From positions 456-44,451 of the forward strand of contig DANZ01000069.1 in NCBI GenBank assembly GCA_002501695.1: a stretch of 43,996 nucleotides of DNA, in the 5' to 3' direction. Under the pieces are notes generated by a model. The model was not told the DNA's origin. It saw only the letters and a list, made by a program, of their open reading frames with translations, and did no database searches. Within the stretch, counting starts at the first letter, position 1. Every line of letters starts with the position of its first letter. Shown in pieces: positions 39,469 to 43,996 of the stretch. This DNA comes from Methanolobus sp. UBA474 (GTDB taxonomy: Archaea; Halobacteriota; Methanosarcinia; Methanosarcinales; Methanosarcinaceae). The translations under genes and the position numbers were made by a program.

Positions 39469-39606
39469 AGCAACTCGTATTCCTGAACAGTCCAAAGCAA
39501 ATAAACGTTTTCAGATGAAATATTTTTCCTTTTGAAAATATATCCTTCTTATACTGTCTTAGATAATCACAGCACTGAGTTATTACTTCCTCATATCATT
39601 CCACGA

Positions 39607-39957
39607 TTAACATATTTTGCTACTGATATGGAAATATACTTTCCTTCCTGACCTGTACTTTTCCACGTGTTCCATTCTGACAAGTTGGTTGAGATAATTA
39701 CTTTCAACAGCTCTTTCCTTGCGTGTGAGCTCTGCAATATCCTCTGCAGTAGCAGGCCCTATCTCAAAAAGAGTGGTTGCTGTCGTGCGCAGATGGTCCG
39801 GAAGTGAGAGCAGCATCATCACGTCCAGTGAATCGTCCGGCTTAACCTTTTTATTTAAAAGAGGATCTTCATCTTTTTTTAACAGGAGCTTATCCAGTTT
39901 ATCATTTATCTCTCTCAGATTGTAAAGTATCTCTTCAAGGATTTCGTTTTCTAGCAT
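39607..39957 (-). CDS. Small winged-HTH protein with N-terminal coiled coil
   Basis: LLSLPDHLRTT..ATAEDIAELTRKERAVESNYLNQLVRM...R.GRKVYF. Confidence 0.8.
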   Translation of the reverse strand: MLENEILEEILYNLREINDKLDKLLLKKDEDPLLNKKVKPDDSLDVMMLLSLPDHLRTTATTLFEIGPATAEDIAELTRKERAVESNYLNQLVRMEHVEKYRSGRKVYFHISSKIC

Positions 39958-40032
39958 TATGTTCCCTTTTGTTTTGATCCGCTGTTTAACATACATATTC
40001 ATATTTTATACTTGCCTGTTTTAATAAAAGTT

Positions 40033-41691
40033 TTAACTCATATCTGAACTAAGTTTTTTGGACATATATACTCCATCTCGCTCGTAGCCCAGTTTCCGGT
40101 AATACCCCTTAACACCTATGCCACTAAGGATAGCCAGTTTGCTATAACCGGCGTCATGGGATATTTCCTCCGCACATGCGACCAGTTCTCGGCCGTATCC
40201 TTTATGCTGCCAATCACACTTTCCGGCCTTATCGCCCACAGGCACCATGGATCCATATACATGCAGCTCCCTTCCCAGGGCAGCGCCCTTAAGTTCCTCC
40301 CGGTGCGGCATGCCGGGGAAACGCAGCCTCAGGAAACCTATCAGTATATCCTGGACGGTATCCTCAAAAGCAATGAAATGCTCTTTTCCTCCGCAGCAAT
40401 CATAGCTCTCAACGGTAAGTTCGATATGTTCCTCCTCGGGCTCTCTTCCTTTGAGGATATTATGTCCTACTTCACGGCATCTTATACAGCGGCATCTGCC
40501 TCCGTGCTGCTCCAGATGGTTTTGCGCAAGCTGCCTGACGTTGCTTTTCCGGACTCCCGCCAGTATCTGGGAAGCCGGTATGTCCCGCTGGATGCGCTGC
40601 ATGCGTACCCACTTCGGTACAAGTGACTTGATATGAGCCAGAAGACCCACAGCATCTTCATCCCCTATCGCGTGATAATCTCCGCGTTCCCATATTTTAT
40701 GCAGCTCTGTGCCCTCTGTGACAAGCGTGGGATATATCTTAAGGTAGTCAGGCATGAACCCCGGATCAGTAAAAAGTCTCCTGAAATTCCTTATCTCTCT
40801 ATCTTCATCCATGCCGGGAAGTCCTGGCATCATGTGGAAGCCCACCTTCAGGGCACTGTCCCTGAGCAGTCTGTTGGCTTCAATGCTGTCTGCAACAGTA
40901 TGTCCCCTGCGCATTCTGGACAGCACGAAATCATATGTGCTCTGGACACCAATTTCCACTTTGGTCGCGCCAAGCTCCAGCATCCTGTCTATATGTTCCG
41001 GCCGTGCCCAGTCGGGCCTGGTCTCAAAGGTAATGCCTGTATTCTTCACCTCTGCGGTCTCATTGGCCTTATGCACATCTTCCAGTGTGACATAGGGACA
41101 GGCTTTCCCGATGGTCATGGCATCATTGCGCCACTCCGTCCCGTAAAAGTCGTTCATTGCCTCAATGCATCGTTTTGCGTACCATTCCTGGTAGTCTATG
41201 GACCTTGCAGAAAAAGTACCGCCCATGACGATGAGCTCGGCTTTTTTTATATCGTGCCCGATATCTCTAAGCTGCTCAAGCCGGGAGGTAACTATGCGGT
41301 AGGGATCATAATCGTGCTGTATCGCACGCATAGTAGAAGGCTCCCTGCCCATATAGCTCTGGGGTGAATTGAACTGCGAATCCGGCCCGCCCGGGCAGGG
41401 CACGCATATCCCGTGAGGGCACAGGGCGGGAGACGTCATCGCTGCTATGACAGCAACCCCGGAGATGGTACGCACCGGCTTGCGCTGCAGCACATCCCTT
41501 ACCTTCTTTTGTTCTTCCTCGCTTCCTGCCATCAGGATGTCCGCATTCTTAGGAAGGCTGGCAAGCCGGCAACTCTTTGCCATTTTCTTCTTTGCTTCGT
41601 TCAGCTGGCGCAGATCAGTGATCCTCCCGTCGATGACCATCTCCAGGATCTCCCTGCATGCGCCGTTAAAATCAGTATATTCCGCAGTCAT
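40033..41691 (-). CDS. elp3: Elp3 radical-SAM/acetyltransferase tRNA U34 modification enzyme
   Basis: RTISGVA, CPHGICVPCPGG, ETRPD, KIYPTLV, RELHVYG, QHKGYG. Confidence 0.95.
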   Translation of the reverse strand: MTAEYTDFNGACREILEMVIDGRITDLRQLNEAKKKMAKSCRLASLPKNADILMAGSEEEQKKVRDVLQRKPVRTISGVAVIAAMTSPALCPHGICVPCPGGPDSQFNSPQSYMGREPSTMRAIQHDYDPYRIVTSRLEQLRDIGHDIKKAELIVMGGTFSARSIDYQEWYAKRCIEAMNDFYGTEWRNDAMTIGKACPYVTLEDVHKANETAEVKNTGITFETRPDWARPEHIDRMLELGATKVEIGVQSTYDFVLSRMRRGHTVADSIEANRLLRDSALKVGFHMMPGLPGMDEDREIRNFRRLFTDPGFMPDYLKIYPTLVTEGTELHKIWERGDYHAIGDEDAVGLLAHIKSLVPKWVRMQRIQRDIPASQILAGVRKSNVRQLAQNHLEQHGGRCRCIRCREVGHNILKGREPEEEHIELTVESYDCCGGKEHFIAFEDTVQDILIGFLRLRFPGMPHREELKGAALGRELHVYGSMVPVGDKAGKCDWQHKGYGRELVACAEEISHDAGYSKLAILSGIGVKGYYRKLGYERDGVYMSKKLSSDMS

Positions 41692-41721
41692 TTGTATGGA
41701 TCATATTCCTTTTGGCCTGCA

Positions 41722-42759
41722 TTACTGGCAAAAACCTGCCACAAGGGCTTCCAGTTGTATACGCTCATTGGATGCGTCTGTCAGGCAGAGGTCGGCGTCA
41801 GCTATCCTTATTACCCATCCGGCTATGACCGCATCGCTCTCGTTGGAAGATGCTGCCATTGCATGCAACTTCAACAGGATCTCCTGTCCCGACATACCCT
41901 CCTCCAGGATAAGGTCATCTATGGCTTTACGTGCCTCGATGATGTCCTTTGAAACAGCGGCCTGGAACAGGTGCATGACATTCTCCGATCTTTCCTTCAA
42001 AGTACATTCATATATTTCCTGTGACCCGATATTGGAATCCCGGAAATGCAGGGATGCCACCTGCAGGGTGTGAAGCGCCCTGGCAACGTTCCCGTTTGCG
42101 TGATAGCCAAGCGCGTCCACGCCGTCCTCGGAGACCGACAGCCCTTCTTTGTCTGCCACTTCCCGGATGAACTTTGCGAGCTTATCGGCTGAAACATGCG
42201 TAAAGAACAGTTGAAGGCCTCTTGACCTGAGAGGAGCTATGAGTTTTGAAGGCTGTGTCGTGGAAAGTACGAACCTGCAGGTAGTTGTGTATTTTTCCAT
42301 TATCCTTCTCAGTGCATGCTGGGCATCGGAATTGAAAGCCTCTGCGTTATCAATAAAGATTATCTTAAAGTCCGCGTCAATGGGCGCCATACTGGCATAT
42401 TCATTAACTACTTCCTTGAAAATGGCAATAACGCTCTTTGATATTTTGGAAGGGTCATCGGTGCCTATGATGCGCAGGAACCTTTTATCACGTACAAGGT
42501 AACGCTTGCCCTGTTCAAAGAAATCCGACGCATTGAAGTACGTGAGATTATGCTCTTGCCCCTCGCCATATATCTCGCGTGCCATTGCAAAGGCTGTCGA
42601 TGATTTCCCGGTATTTTCCGGTCCGTGGAAAACCAGGTGGGGAAGATTCTTCGAGCGGACAAGCCTGCGGATCATATCGACGGATTCTTCGTTACCCAAT
42701 ACTTCATCCAGATTCGAAGGCCTGTATTTTACTGTCCAGATATCTTTCACGTTCCTCAC
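41722..42759 (-). CDS. rfcS: Replication factor C small subunit paralog (RFCS2-like)
   Basis: WTVKYRP, PHLVFHGPENTGKSS, NASD, AQHALRRIMEKY, IQLEALVA; degenerate Walker B (IDNAE). Confidence 0.85.
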   Translation of the reverse strand: MRNVKDIWTVKYRPSNLDEVLGNEESVDMIRRLVRSKNLPHLVFHGPENTGKSSTAFAMAREIYGEGQEHNLTYFNASDFFEQGKRYLVRDKRFLRIIGTDDPSKISKSVIAIFKEVVNEYASMAPIDADFKIIFIDNAEAFNSDAQHALRRIMEKYTTTCRFVLSTTQPSKLIAPLRSRGLQLFFTHVSADKLAKFIREVADKEGLSVSEDGVDALGYHANGNVARALHTLQVASLHFRDSNIGSQEIYECTLKERSENVMHLFQAAVSKDIIEARKAIDDLILEEGMSGQEILLKLHAMAASSNESDAVIAGWVIRIADADLCLTDASNERIQLEALVAGFCQ

Positions 42760-42778
42760 CTGATATGTTCACTCTTGC

Positions 42779-43996
42779 TCACTCTGTCTTGCTGGCGCTT
42801 TTCTCCGCACTTGCCTCAAGTACATAAAGAATGATCCTTCCGTAGGTCGGCCTGGCTATCAGTACGCCTATCAGGACACCCACGATAGTCGTTATCGCGA
42901 ATCCCTTCAGGGCCCCAAATCCCATTACCACGAGCGGGGACATTGCTATCACAGTTGTCGCTGCAGCGCCGAATATGATGGCGAATGCTTTTGTTATCCT
43001 CGCCAGATATACCTTTCTCGGAGGAAGCTTGCCCTCGTAGAGCACTTCATCAGTAATGATGACAAGGTGGTCTATGCCTGTACCCATTACAGCTATGATA
43101 CCTGCAATGCTTGCAAGGTCCAGCTGCCAGCCGATAGCACCGGCAAAACCGAGGATCATTATCACTTCACTGGCAGATATTGCTACCATGGGCAGGAGTA
43201 TCTCCGGTTTCCGGTATCTCCTGTAAACAACGGCTGCAACTGCAAGCAGAGTGATCACTCCGGCAAACAGTGCCTGGGTCTTGAACTGCTCACCCAGGGA
43301 AGCGTCCACCTGTCCGGAACCTATGACCTCCACATTGACCGGGAGAGCCCCTGCACGCAGATGTATCTGCAACTGTTCGGCCGTGGCCTTGCTACTTTCG
43401 TCTGCTCCGGTGGATGCCTGCCATGAGTATATGGGATACTGGGCCAGGGTTGATGCCGCAGAGGGGCTCAAAGGTGCGCTGTATACTTCTTTCTCGTCAA
43501 GGTACATTATCAGGTTATGGGACAGCGGATCGGTTGTTGCACCTGTCTCTATGGCTGCCTTCTGGAGTGCAAGCGCACCTGCGTCTGTCAGGGTGAACGG
43601 CGTGTACCATCCTTCGTTATCCCCATATCCTGCTATCCCGACGCTCTGGATCTCGTCCCCATAGAGCACATGCCTGCTGGCATTACCCTCTGTCGCTATC
43701 CTTATCTCGAACTTTCCGGGCTTTGATGCTATATCCTGGGCAGTGGCAAGGTCCATTCCTGCAAAATCGATGAGGATGTAATCATCTCCGACCACCCTGA
43801 CCGGTATGTCCTTGAGACCGAGGGTGTTCAGTTTGTCGCTTAGGATGTCCTTTGTCAGGTCGCGTGTCTCTGCCCTTACTCCCTGCCGGTAGATGGGTGT
43901 GCCGTCACTGTCACGGACGATGTATCCTCCAGCTGCGGACATGGCCTTTTCCAGGTCTTCCAGGGAAACGGATGTCCTTATCTCATATTCCACACT
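42779..43996 (-). CDS. secD: Preprotein translocase subunit SecD (5' end outside window)
   Basis: LRAGALPV, SLGEQF, LASIAGII..GTGID..VIITDE, LKGFAITT; six C-terminal TM helices. Confidence 0.92.
   Translation of the reverse strand, partial: SVEYEIRTSVSLEDLEKAMSAAGGYIVRDSDGTPIYRQGVRAETRDLTKDILSDKLNTLGLKDIPVRVVGDDYILIDFAGMDLATAQDIASKPGKFEIRIATEGNASRHVLYGDEIQSVGIAGYGDNEGWYTPFTLTDAGALALQKAAIETGATTDPLSHNLIMYLDEKEVYSAPLSPSAASTLAQYPIYSWQASTGADESSKATAEQLQIHLRAGALPVNVEVIGSGQVDASLGEQFKTQALFAGVITLLAVAAVVYRRYRKPEILLPMVAISASEVIMILGFAGAIGWQLDLASIAGIIAVMGTGIDHLVIITDEVLYEGKLPPRKVYLARITKAFAIIFGAAATTVIAMSPLVVMGFGALKGFAITTIVGVLIGVLIARPTYGRIILYVLEASAEKSASKTE

Overview
A 44-kb chromosomal segment from a methanogenic archaeon of the family Methanosarcinaceae (Methanolobus-like by inference from gene content: cysteate synthase, NrpRII-type protein, DUF1699, Methanosarcina-type beta-propeller, second RFC small subunit). 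The right half is mostly housekeeping: tyrS, thg1, PRC-barrel, mdh, exonuclease plus uvrC, cupin PGI, nrpRII, DHH/RecJ-like and RecU-like nucleases, yjbQ, MinD/HTH, elp3, rfcS2 and secD. The centre holds a coenzyme M cluster (cysteate synthase, comD, comE, convergent methanogenesis marker 16) with an embedded, unexplained trio of a permease-less ABC ATPase, a HypB/UreG-like GTPase and an Fe-S protein. The left half is accessory and holds the most novel signals, none of them in the ORF track: a ~350-390 nt multi-branch structured RNA candidate at ~10080-10470, a ~110 nt sRNA candidate with a C-rich loop at ~4343-4455, two tandem micro zinc-ribbon genes (7615-7886), a 24-aa cationic membrane peptide ORF and a doubly frameshifted RibD-C gene. 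No rRNA, tRNA, CRISPR array or transposase was recognised. All family calls come from motif recognition by eye; no searches or folding programs were run.
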